DNA from: Candidatus Zambryskibacteria bacterium RIFCSPHIGHO2_01_FULL_46_25
GTDB lineage: Bacteria > Patescibacteriota > Minisyncoccia > Phycocordibacterales > Zambryskibacteraceae
Direction of reading: 5' to 3'
Length of the DNA: 64,000 nt
NCBI GenBank assembly: GCA_001825155.1
Contig: MHVH01000005.1
Coordinates: 168,501-232,500, forward strand
This document shows, piece after piece, positions 9,060 to 17,252 of this stretch; within the stretch, counting starts at the first letter, position 1, and every line of letters begins with the position of its first letter. Below the pieces are notes generated by a model, which saw only the letters and a program-made list of their open reading frames with translations, was not told the DNA's origin and searched no databases. The position numbers were made by a program, and so were the translations under genes.

Positions 9060-9089
9060 CACTGCATTTATGAAGAAAGAAAAATAAAC

Positions 9090-10973
9090 ATGCTAGAAGG
9101 AACAATACGCGTAACCGGCAAGGGTGTCGGCTATTTTGAGGACCCGCAAGGCGGAGACGACTTCGAAATACAGCCGGAGAATCTTAAGGCCGCCTTAAAC
9201 CGCGATACCGTAATCGTCGAACCTACCGGCAAAGAAATTTATGGTCGGAAACAGGCCAAAGTGGTCGAGATTCTCGAGCGCCACAAGACGGAATTCGTCG
9301 GCACTTTCGATGATGGCTTCATGATTCCGGATGATAAGCGGATGTACCGAGACATCTTTGTCGAGGATCCTAAGGGAGCAAAAAATGGCGACAAGATACA
9401 AGTCCATCTCACGTCCTGGGAAGACCCTTCCAAAAGCCCCAAGGGCGAGATACTCCGCGTCATTGGGCGCGCCGGCGAGCACAATGCCGAGATGGTCGGC
9501 ATTGTTTTGGAAAGTGGATTCGAAATCGACTTCCCTCCCGAAGTGGAAAGCGAAGCCGAGGCTTGGAAGGAAAGATATGAAAAGGAGGATAAGCTCAAGA
9601 ATCGGCGTGACTTTAGTGAAGTCACGACCTTCACCATCGACCCGGCGGACGCCAAGGACTTCGACGACGCTATTTCTTTGAAAAAACTTGAGAACGGTGA
9701 TTATGAAATCGGCGTGCATATCGCCGACGTATCCCACTTCGTTACTCCCGGCACAGCGCTTGACAAAGAAGCGGTAAAAAGAGGCACGTCCATCTACCTC
9801 GTCGACCGCACCATTCCCATGCTTCCGGAAGTGCTTAGTAACGACCTTTGCTCGCTTAATCCCAACGAACCCAAATATGCCTTCTCCGCCGTCTTCGTCA
9901 TGGATAAGAATGCGAAGGTGAAGGACCGCTGGTTCGGCAAAACTCTTATCGAGTCGGATAAAAGATTTACCTACGAAGAAGCGCAGGAAATATTGGATAA
10001 AAAGTCCGGAACATATTACGAAGAATTGAAAACCTTAAACGACCTGGCCTACAAACTTCGCGAAGAGAAGTTCAGGAAGGGCGCCATTGAATTCGAAACC
10101 GAGGAAGTGAAGTTCGAGCTCGACGAGCTCGGCAAGCCCATACGCGTATACAAGAAGGAACGCAAGGACACGCACAAACTGGTGGAAGATTTCATGCTCC
10201 TCGCAAATCGAGAGGTGGCGACACACATGCATACGGCATACAAAAGCAATGCGCGCGCCGCTTTTGTCTATCGCATACACGACGCTCCGGACAGAGAAAA
10301 AATCGTGAATCTTGCCACGTTTGTAAAAGCACTTGGCTTCGAACTCAAGAACAGGGACGGCGAGACTACGGCGGAAGATATTACAAAGATGCTCAAGTCA
10401 GTCGAAGGCACTCCGACAGAAATGTTGGTAAAAACTGCCGCCATCCGCTCCATGAGCAAGGCCATTTACTCAACCAGTAATATCGGCCACTTCGGTCTGG
10501 CATTTGAATATTATACTCACTTCACCTCCCCCATCCGCCGATATCCCGACCTTATGGTGCATCGTCTACTTCAGCGCTTCATCGAGCAGGGGCAAATTGA
10601 GCAGGACGAGATTATCAAATACCAGAGACTCTGCGACGACTCTTCTGAGCGCGAGATGGAAGCGGCCGAGGCGGAGCGCGCATCTATCAAGTACAAGCAA
10701 GTAGAGTACATGCAGGAGCACGTGGGCGAAGAATTCGACGCTATCATCTCCGGCGTCTCGGAGTGGGGCATTTATGTAGAAGAAGTGAATACCAAGGCTG
10801 AAGGTATGGTCAAGCTCCGTGATATGAAAGACGATTTTTATGAATTAAATGAGAAGCTCTACGCCATCGTCGGTCAGAAATCCGGCAAGAAATACTCCCT
10901 CGGCGATAAAGTCCGCGTCAAACTCATCGCCTCAGATCCAGAGAGAAAGACTCTTGACTTTGCATTTGTTTAG
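9090..10973 (+). CDS. rnr: ribonuclease R (VacB/RNase II family 3'-5' exoribonuclease)
   Basis: RNB-domain motifs HFGLAFEYYTHFTSPIRRYPDLMVHR, C-terminal S1-like domain; start moved to ATG 9090 to avoid overlap with tRNA-Leu. Confidence 0.85.
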   Translation: MLEGTIRVTGKGVGYFEDPQGGDDFEIQPENLKAALNRDTVIVEPTGKEIYGRKQAKVVEILERHKTEFVGTFDDGFMIPDDKRMYRDIFVEDPKGAKNGDKIQVHLTSWEDPSKSPKGEILRVIGRAGEHNAEMVGIVLESGFEIDFPPEVESEAEAWKERYEKEDKLKNRRDFSEVTTFTIDPADAKDFDDAISLKKLENGDYEIGVHIADVSHFVTPGTALDKEAVKRGTSIYLVDRTIPMLPEVLSNDLCSLNPNEPKYAFSAVFVMDKNAKVKDRWFGKTLIESDKRFTYEEAQEILDKKSGTYYEELKTLNDLAYKLREEKFRKGAIEFETEEVKFELDELGKPIRVYKKERKDTHKLVEDFMLLANREVATHMHTAYKSNARAAFVYRIHDAPDREKIVNLATFVKALGFELKNRDGETTAEDITKMLKSVEGTPTEMLVKTAAIRSMSKAIYSTSNIGHFGLAFEYYTHFTSPIRRYPDLMVHRLLQRFIEQGQIEQDEIIKYQRLCDDSSEREMEAAEAERASIKYKQVEYMQEHVGEEFDAIISGVSEWGIYVEEVNTKAEGMVKLRDMKDDFYELNEKLYAIVGQKSGKKYSLGDKVRVKLIASDPERKTLDFAFV

Positions 10974-10998
10974 TTATATGATTTAAGAGGAGGGGTTC

Positions 10999-11208
10999 AT
11001 GAAAAAGCAGTTGACGAGCATCTTTGCGCTGTCTCTCTTCTCCCTGACCTTTCCTCTCGTGTTGATTTGCGCATTTTTCTACGGCGCAATGTGGGGGAAT
11101 TTCACGTTCAACTACGACGAGGAGAGGGGGCGAGAAGCGATCCAGAATCTGTTTCTCAACCCTTGCGGGAAGATCATTTCCTGGGGTTGGGATAAGGTCG
11201 CAGCGTAA
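10999..11208 (+). CDS. small hydrophobic hypothetical protein
   Basis: 69-aa ORF with strong RBS AGAGGAGGGG 6 nt upstream; N-terminal hydrophobic segment. Confidence 0.4.
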   Translation: MKKQLTSIFALSLFSLTFPLVLICAFFYGAMWGNFTFNYDEERGREAIQNLFLNPCGKIISWGWDKVAA

Positions 11209-11230
11209 TCCATTGCTCCGCCAATCTCAC

Positions 11231-11260
11231 CGCCGGCGCGCACGCGCCGGCGGCTTTCAT
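11231..11260 (+). terminator. GC-rich hairpin, probable rho-independent terminator
   Basis: CGCCGGCGCG-cac-GCGCCGGCGG followed by CTTTCATT. Confidence 0.4.
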
Positions 11261-11303
11261 TACAAATTTTAACAAACCTTCCACTCTAACTGAACCTCTC
11301 CCC

Positions 11304-11337
11304 CCATTATTTTCCAGCTATAGCGTAGAAATAATGG
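11304..11337. repeat. quasi-palindromic ~34-bp repeat, copy 1 (partner 11908-11941), just downstream of the PaaX-like gene
   Basis: CCATTATTTTCCAGCTATAGCGTAGAAATAATGG versus CCATTATTTTCTAGCTATAGCTTAATTATAATGG; direct repeats, each with palindromic ends CCATTAT/ATAATGG and core AGCTATAGC. Confidence 0.85.
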
Positions 11338-11344
11338 GGATGAC

Positions 11345-11911
11345 TTATATAAGGTCGAAATCCATTCTTAAATATTTATCATTCTCTATTTGATCAGCGA
11401 TGATGTAGAGCATATTCTTCCCTATCCCATAATTGGTCTTGAGGAGTCCGATGACATCTTCGCAATCATAAGGATAAACCCAGACGCTGTCCTGTAGTCT
11501 TAAAAAACCCGACGATTTGAGTATCTCCCTCACCTCGTCTCTCACTTTCTTCATCTTTTCCGGAATATCGAAAATTATGATCCTCCATTTTCTATCCCAT
11601 CTTTTTGGCTTAGGAATTCTATAATCATCCATTTCCCATTGGCGAAGAACCTTTTCTCCATCCGTTGTGAGAAAATATTTCCCACTTTTAAATTCCACCA
11701 ATCCTTTCCTTCTCAGGCGCGAAACCGCGGAGTATATAATATCTTTCTTTCTAGAAGATATTGGAATATCCAGATCAAGAAAATAATTCAGAACACTCGG
11801 CAAAAGGTCCGAGGAGCCCCTTCTGCCTCCAGAAGCTATCGAGACAAGAATCGCCTCCTGAACTTTCGATTTATTTATGGACTTCCTGGCTTTTCTTTCT
11901 AGCTCTCCCAT
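11345..11911 (-). CDS. PaaX-family regulator-like protein (N-terminal wHTH plus C-terminal Cas2-like/PaaX_C domain), paralog 1
   Basis: WRIIIFDIPEKMKKVRDEVREILKSSGFLRLQDSVWVYP matches the PaaX C-domain / Cas2-like pattern; 60-70% identical in the C-terminal half to ORF 22404-22976. Confidence 0.7.
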   Translation of the reverse strand: MGELERKARKSINKSKVQEAILVSIASGGRRGSSDLLPSVLNYFLDLDIPISSRKKDIIYSAVSRLRRKGLVEFKSGKYFLTTDGEKVLRQWEMDDYRIPKPKRWDRKWRIIIFDIPEKMKKVRDEVREILKSSGFLRLQDSVWVYPYDCEDVIGLLKTNYGIGKNMLYIIADQIENDKYLRMDFDLI

Positions 11912-11941
11912 TATTTTCTAGCTATAGCTTAATTATAATGG
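11908..11941. repeat. quasi-palindromic repeat, copy 2, overlapping the start codon and promoter region of the PaaX-like gene
   Basis: See 11304-11337. Confidence 0.85.
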
Positions 11942-11990
11942 AAATATGATATTTTGAAAATTTAGGAAAGAAAGACACTTGACTTCCAGT

Positions 11991-14171
11991 TTATTTCGCC
12001 ACTTCCACCGCCTCATCGAATGATATGGAAAGGAGTTTGGAGATGCCATTGCCGGACATGGTGACGCCGTAGATAACGCCAGCGCGGCTCATAGTCTCGC
12101 GGTTGTGGGTTATGAGAATTAGTTGCGACTTCTCGCTAAGCAACTCCACCAAATCGCCGTACTTCTTGGAATTGGACTCATCGAGAGCGGCATCGGTCTC
12201 ATCGAGAATGATAAAAGGCGGTGGATTGACTTGCGAGATGGCAAAGATTAAGGCGATTGAAGTAAGCGCTCTTTCACCACCAGAGAGCATCATGAGATTG
12301 CGAATCTTCTTCTTCGGCAAGGAAACTTTTATATCCAACCCCTCTTCAACTTTTTCACCTTCCTCACCTTCTTCAACTGGCAACTCGTTCTTCACAAGAG
12401 TGAGATGCGCTTCCCCGCCGCCGAACATGGAGGTAAAGAGTTTGTCGAATTTCTCATTGATATTTTGGAGCCCGGTTTTGAATTCTGTCGCGAGTCTGTC
12501 TTCCAAGTCTTTTATCAAGCCGTTGAGAGATTCGGCCGACTTCTCAAGGTCGAGAAGCTCGCGCGCCAAGAAAGCGTCTCGCTCGGAAGTTTCGAGATGT
12601 TCCTTCTTCACCTCCTCAGCGCCAGCTATACTTGAGTCCTCTAGTCGTATCTTCAATCTCCCCAAAGTTCGCTTCCTCTCTTCTTGATTTACCCTGCCCT
12701 CTTCCTTGGAGAATTCCAAACCTCCATACTTCAAAACATCTCCGCCCGCCAGATGTCCAATTTCCGTAAGCTCGCGCTTGAATTCGGTTTCTTCAAGACC
12801 CACCTTCTCCTCACGCGCCTTGAGCAGACTGAGTTTCGAGCGAATACTGTTCTCCTCCGACATAATGCGGAAGACTGCTATCTGGGCAGAGCTGTCAGAA
12901 TCCTTGGCTCGCTCAACCTCCTTCTTGAGCGTCTCGTAATCTGCTTGGAGTTTCTTCTCCTTCTCTTCGGCATCCTTCTGCTTCCGCTCTACCCCCAATT
13001 TCTCTTCTCTCAGTTCTTCAATATACTTCTTGGCTTCTTCGATAATATTCGAAGCAACTGTTTCCCGTCTTTCCTTCAAGAAATTTAGAAACTTGGCTTT
13101 GATTCTCTCTAGAATCCCGGGTGCGTCCTTCTCAATCTCGATTTCTTTATAAAGCGCCTCAACATCTTTGAGCGGGATAACTTTGTGCTCATTGGAAGCG
13201 GCAAGCTCTTGCTGTTTTCTCACAATGCTCGACTGAGCATCCATCAAGCCCTCCACCCTGCCAAGCTCCCTGCTGGAAGCATCTTTGATAGCGCGAGATG
13301 CCGATAGTTCTTTCTCCAACTCGAGGATGAGATACTCCTTCTTCTCCTGCGAGCCTTGCTCCGCAAGAACTTCTTTCGCCTCCGCCAATTCTTTCTCCAA
13401 CTTCGCAAGCGAAGCACTGAGTGGCTTGCGTTCCTCTTCTATCTCTTTCTTCGCCGACGTGATATAGGAATCCTCCCGTTTGAAGTACTCAAGAGCGAGC
13501 TTCACAAGGTCTTCTCGCAGACCCTCTGTCTTGGCAAGCTTCTCCACTTGCTTCTCGAGGAAGCGCAAGTGCGGCGCAATCTCTTTTCGCAGAGCCTTAA
13601 CTTGTGCCACGTTTTCGAAAGTTTTCTTGAGCTTACGCTCACTCTCAGCTTTCTTGTATTGATAGAGCTTGAGGCCCAAAGCATCCTCGACCATTGCTTT
13701 TCTATCCTTGGGATTGGCACTCACTACCTTGTCCGCTTCGCCCTGTGAAATGATGTGGTGACCAGAAGCACCTATGTGAGCACCCGCTAGAAGCTCGATA
13801 ATATCCTTCAATCTCATCTGTGAACCGTTGATGAGATATTCGTTGAGCCCATCGCGATGCACAACACGCTCTATGGAAACTTCCGGAAAATCTATGTCGA
13901 AAATTTTTCTGGAATTGTCGAAGGTTACTTTGACCGAAGCCCTGTTCGCTCTTGGTTCGGAAGTGGCACCATTCCAGATAAGGTCCTCACCCTTCTTGCC
14001 ACGCATGCTCTTGATAGACTGCTCACCCAAAACGAAGCGGAAGGCCTCCGCCACATTGCTCTTGCCTGAGCCGTTAGGCCCCACAATGGAGGAAATAGGG
14101 GTATTGAATTCAAAAACATTCTTTTTCGCAAAAGATTTAAACCCCGATAGTTCTATCGATTTTAGATACAT
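11991..14171 (-). CDS. smc: SMC-family chromosome segregation ATPase (short form)
   Basis: Walker A GPNGSGKSN, long coiled coil, signature LSGGERALTSIAL, Walker B FIILDETDAALD. Confidence 0.75.
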   Translation of the reverse strand: MYLKSIELSGFKSFAKKNVFEFNTPISSIVGPNGSGKSNVAEAFRFVLGEQSIKSMRGKKGEDLIWNGATSEPRANRASVKVTFDNSRKIFDIDFPEVSIERVVHRDGLNEYLINGSQMRLKDIIELLAGAHIGASGHHIISQGEADKVVSANPKDRKAMVEDALGLKLYQYKKAESERKLKKTFENVAQVKALRKEIAPHLRFLEKQVEKLAKTEGLREDLVKLALEYFKREDSYITSAKKEIEEERKPLSASLAKLEKELAEAKEVLAEQGSQEKKEYLILELEKELSASRAIKDASSRELGRVEGLMDAQSSIVRKQQELAASNEHKVIPLKDVEALYKEIEIEKDAPGILERIKAKFLNFLKERRETVASNIIEEAKKYIEELREEKLGVERKQKDAEEKEKKLQADYETLKKEVERAKDSDSSAQIAVFRIMSEENSIRSKLSLLKAREEKVGLEETEFKRELTEIGHLAGGDVLKYGGLEFSKEEGRVNQEERKRTLGRLKIRLEDSSIAGAEEVKKEHLETSERDAFLARELLDLEKSAESLNGLIKDLEDRLATEFKTGLQNINEKFDKLFTSMFGGGEAHLTLVKNELPVEEGEEGEKVEEGLDIKVSLPKKKIRNLMMLSGGERALTSIALIFAISQVNPPPFIILDETDAALDESNSKKYGDLVELLSEKSQLILITHNRETMSRAGVIYGVTMSGNGISKLLSISFDEAVEVAK

Positions 14172-14189
14172 CTAGTACAGTTTATCAAA

Positions 14190-14891
14190 TTATTTCCAGC
14201 CTTTCTTTTCTAGAGCATCACGAGCGGCCTCTTGTTCTGCATCTTGCTTCGACTTCCCTTCTCCCTCGCCGTAAACCTCTCTACCGACGGAGACAGAGAC
14301 GGTGAAATGCTTGTCATGGTCTGGTCCGGATTCCCTGACTGTTTTATATGCAGGAGTTAATCCCATTAACTCCTGTGCCTTCTCTTGAAAAAGAGATTTT
14401 GCGTCTATCCAAGTACCGTCTGAGACAATTTCTTCCATAAGCGGAGCAATGTGTTTGAGTATAAAATCTTTTGCCGCTTCGTAATCTCGGTCTATGTAAA
14501 TCGCGCCAATGAGCGCCTCAAGCGTATTCGCCAGAATATAGGTACGGGCGCGACCGATATCTTTGCCTTCCCCCCGGGAAAGCAAAAGGAAATCATTTAC
14601 CCCCAGCGCTTGCGCCACCTTCGCGCAAGTCTCCGCATTGACGAGAGCGGAACGAAGAGCGGTCATCTCCCCTTCGCTAGCCTCTTTCATCCTGCCGAAG
14701 AGATAGTTGGTAATAACAAGCTCAAGGACCGCATCGCCGAGGAACTCCAGGCGCTCATTATGAGCAAGGCCGGATCCGCCAGCTGGCGGACGGTTCTCGT
14801 TTATATATGAGCGGTGAGTGAAGGCCTGTTTGAGCAGGCTTTTGTCCTTGAACATGATTCCCGCTGTTTCTTCAAATTTGTTGAAATCCAT
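14190..14891 (-). CDS. rnc: ribonuclease III
   Basis: RNase III signature ERLEFLGDAVLELVI; C-terminal dsRBD; conserved rnc-smc neighbourhood. Confidence 0.9.
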   Translation of the reverse strand: MDFNKFEETAGIMFKDKSLLKQAFTHRSYINENRPPAGGSGLAHNERLEFLGDAVLELVITNYLFGRMKEASEGEMTALRSALVNAETCAKVAQALGVNDFLLLSRGEGKDIGRARTYILANTLEALIGAIYIDRDYEAAKDFILKHIAPLMEEIVSDGTWIDAKSLFQEKAQELMGLTPAYKTVRESGPDHDKHFTVSVSVGREVYGEGEGKSKQDAEQEAARDALEKKGWK

Positions 14892-14892
14892 T

Positions 14893-15804
14893 TTACTTGC
14901 CCTCAGCGAGCTTCGTTATCGCCTTGGTCACGATAGGCAGAATATCATCATAAAAGTTTAGGTCAAGGATGTCCGCCAGTTTGAACCATCTCACGTCATC
15001 GAGTCCGCCCTTCTCCTCCTTCTTCTCGAGAGTCAATTCCATAAACGGCGCTTCGGCCATATAGTAATTAATTTCTTTCATCATCTTGCCTTTTTCCGGA
15101 TGGAAGGTGGAGTAGGAGTTGCTGCCAATATTTTCCTTGACCTCAATCGGGACACCTAGTTCTAATGGCACCTTGCGGCGTAAACATTCAACATCGCTTT
15201 CACCTTCATTTAGACGACCTTTCGTAAGTGTCCAGTGACCGAACACATCATGCACAAGCGCCACATAAACTTCCCCTTCATGCCTGGCAAATACAGCCGC
15301 GCCGGCAAGTTTCTCTACGGGCAACTGGTCTAGAGGCACGTTGCCGAATTTTTTCTTTGGCTTCGGCTGGTCGTTTTTCCCCGGTTCGCCCATCTCCTTG
15401 TATACCGCGCCGAGAACACCGTTAATGAATCTGCCGGAAGTCTCTCCGCCGAACTGCTTGGCAAGCTCTATAGCCTCGTTGATAGCCACCTTGGGCGGAA
15501 CTTCTTTTCTATCGGCGAAAAGAAGTTCCGCCAGCCCTATCCTCAAAATATTCCTATCGACCGGCGCGATCTTCTCCAGAGGCCAGTCCGGAGCCGCTTT
15601 GGCTATGAGATTGTCGAGGTCCTTCTGCTTATCTAAAACAAGATTAAGAAGCCGTTCCATGAAAGGCCGGTCGTTACTGCCCGGCGCGAACTCGGTAATA
15701 TTTTTCTCAAAAATCGTCCTAATCTCCTCGATGCTGCGTTTCTCAAAATCCCACTCAAAAAGTGTTTGCAAAACTATCGAACGAGACAGATGTCGTTGTG
15801 ACAT
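14893..15804 (-). CDS. nusB: NusB antitermination factor fused to a C-terminal Nudix-like hydrolase domain
   Basis: N-terminal NusB motifs (RNILRIGLAELLF, GETSGRFINGVLG); C-terminal GHWTLTKGRLNEGESDVECLRRKVPLELG is a Nudix-box-like motif. Confidence 0.7.
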   Translation of the reverse strand: MSQRHLSRSIVLQTLFEWDFEKRSIEEIRTIFEKNITEFAPGSNDRPFMERLLNLVLDKQKDLDNLIAKAAPDWPLEKIAPVDRNILRIGLAELLFADRKEVPPKVAINEAIELAKQFGGETSGRFINGVLGAVYKEMGEPGKNDQPKPKKKFGNVPLDQLPVEKLAGAAVFARHEGEVYVALVHDVFGHWTLTKGRLNEGESDVECLRRKVPLELGVPIEVKENIGSNSYSTFHPEKGKMMKEINYYMAEAPFMELTLEKKEEKGGLDDVRWFKLADILDLNFYDDILPIVTKAITKLAEGK

Positions 15805-15835
15805 AAAGAACTAAAGAGCTTATGTTTATATAAAT

Positions 15836-16057
15836 TTAACGCGCGTTTTCCGCTTCCTTCGTCTTCTTGGCTCGCTTCTCGATCTTGGCGGAGAGATTGA
15901 CCACCTTCCTGCCGCGATACGTGCCGGTAGCCGGAGACATCCTGTGGCGCAAGTGCGTATTGCCCTGCTCGTCTTTCGACAAAGCCGGGTTCTTGAGCCT
16001 ATGGTGAGAGCGCCGACTGTTCGTCTGCGACCTCGTATGTCTCATTCGGACTACCAT
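15836..16057 (-). CDS. rpmF: 50S ribosomal protein L32
   Basis: MRHTRSQTNSRRSHHRLK...HLRHR...YRGRKV is typical of bL32. Confidence 0.75.
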   Translation of the reverse strand: MVVRMRHTRSQTNSRRSHHRLKNPALSKDEQGNTHLRHRMSPATGTYRGRKVVNLSAKIEKRAKKTKEAENAR

Positions 16058-16144
16058 GACTCTACATTAGCATAAATATGGCAAAAAGAAAGGACCCGGC
16101 AGCTACAGCCGCCGGGCCACTCATGAGACTGTGGTTCGAGAGTT

Positions 16145-16603
16145 TTATACTGTCACTCCCCGTGCTCGAAGGGTCTCTACCGCCGCACGATATGCCCAGA
16201 ACTGAACTGGGGCGATCATGCTGCGCAGACGTCTTACCGACACCCAACGTGGCGCCGACATCTCGTCCCCTTGAGCCTCTAGTGGTCTCGTATGCAATTC
16301 GCCGAGACAGTCGCTCAAAGATATGAGGAAGGCGTACTTGATGTGGTGGGTTCCCTTCTTCGCAATCTCTTCCGTGTCGACTGCCAGAAGCCCTGTTTCT
16401 TCCTGGAGCTTCCGGACACTCGTCTCTTCACTCGATTCCCCGAACTCACCGGACCCGCTGGTGCCGGTCGGGAATCGAACTTCCCACCTGCTTTTTTTGC
16501 CTGTGTCAGGATCCGTTGAACGATAATCATGAACGAGCATCTCGAGCTCGTTATCAGAATTAACGCGCCAGACCACATTACAGGCAGAGTGTGTCATGAG
16601 CAT
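16145..16603 (-). CDS. Nudix hydrolase
   Basis: Nudix box GSGEFGESSEETSVRKLQEETGL; locally GC-rich, with spurious overlapping ORFs on the other strand. Confidence 0.55.
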   Translation of the reverse strand: MLMTHSACNVVWRVNSDNELEMLVHDYRSTDPDTGKKSRWEVRFPTGTSGSGEFGESSEETSVRKLQEETGLLAVDTEEIAKKGTHHIKYAFLISLSDCLGELHTRPLEAQGDEMSAPRWVSVRRLRSMIAPVQFWAYRAAVETLRARGVTV

Positions 16604-16642
16604 CGCTCCACCCTATTCCTTTCTACTTCTTACTATACTACC

Positions 16643-17233
16643 TTACGGTGTAAATGTCAATCTCTTTGTAAAGCTCCTCCTATGTAGCTCTGTTAAGCCA
16701 TATTTTTTGATAGCTTTCCGATGAACCAACGTGCCGTAACCTTTATGCAAATCGAAGCGGTATTTGGGATATTTTTTAGAAAATTTGACCATCTTTCTAT
16801 CGCGAATCACCTTGGCGCAAATTGAAGCGAGGGAAATTATGGGAATTTTCTCATCCCCTCTTATGACCGTGAGCTGGTGCTTGAATTCCGGCGGAGCCTT
16901 GAGTGCACCGTCGAGGAATATCTGAGAATCTTGAGTAATTCCCAAACCCTTCAAAACTCTTTTGATACCGAGGCGAATGGCGTAAGCGATGCCATGCTTG
17001 TCTATAATCTTTTCCGAAATGAGAGAGACGTGGAAATCGAGTTCACCCCTCTTTCTTGCTTCTTGCGCTAAAGCAAACCACAGTTCCCTTTCTTCCGCTG
17101 TAAGCTGTTTGGAATCTTTTATTCCCTTGAAAAATTTTTTATTAAACTTTTCCGGAATCCTTACCGCCCCGACTGCCACCGGCCCGGCCAAGGGTCCCCT
17201 CCCCGCTTCATCTATGCCTACGATATGACTCAT
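16643..17233 (-). CDS. rnhB: ribonuclease HII
   Basis: MSHIVGIDEAGRGPLAGPVAVGAV is the canonical RNase HII N-terminus. Confidence 0.9.
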   Translation of the reverse strand: MSHIVGIDEAGRGPLAGPVAVGAVRIPEKFNKKFFKGIKDSKQLTAEERELWFALAQEARKRGELDFHVSLISEKIIDKHGIAYAIRLGIKRVLKGLGITQDSQIFLDGALKAPPEFKHQLTVIRGDEKIPIISLASICAKVIRDRKMVKFSKKYPKYRFDLHKGYGTLVHRKAIKKYGLTELHRRSFTKRLTFTP

Positions 17234-17252
17234 TCGTTCTCTGTATTATACT

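Noticed and set aside
8874-9062. 62-aa minus-strand ORF
   Set aside because: Entirely overlaps tRNA-Lys and tRNA-Leu genes.
9033-9089. Upstream extension of the RNase R ORF (track start 9033)
   Set aside because: It overlaps tRNA-Leu(TAG); the ATG at 9090 gives a normal RNase R N-terminus.
11345-11911. CRISPR-Cas association of the Cas2-like domain proteins
   Set aside because: No CRISPR repeat-spacer array or other cas genes were found in the window. The architecture matches PaaX-family regulators, whose C-domain shares the Cas2 fold.
16440-16520. tRNA-like GGGAATCGAACTTCCCACC / ...GCACCA string
   Set aside because: On translation it is simply the coding sequence for ...RWEVRFPTG... of the Nudix protein; no full cloverleaf can be built.
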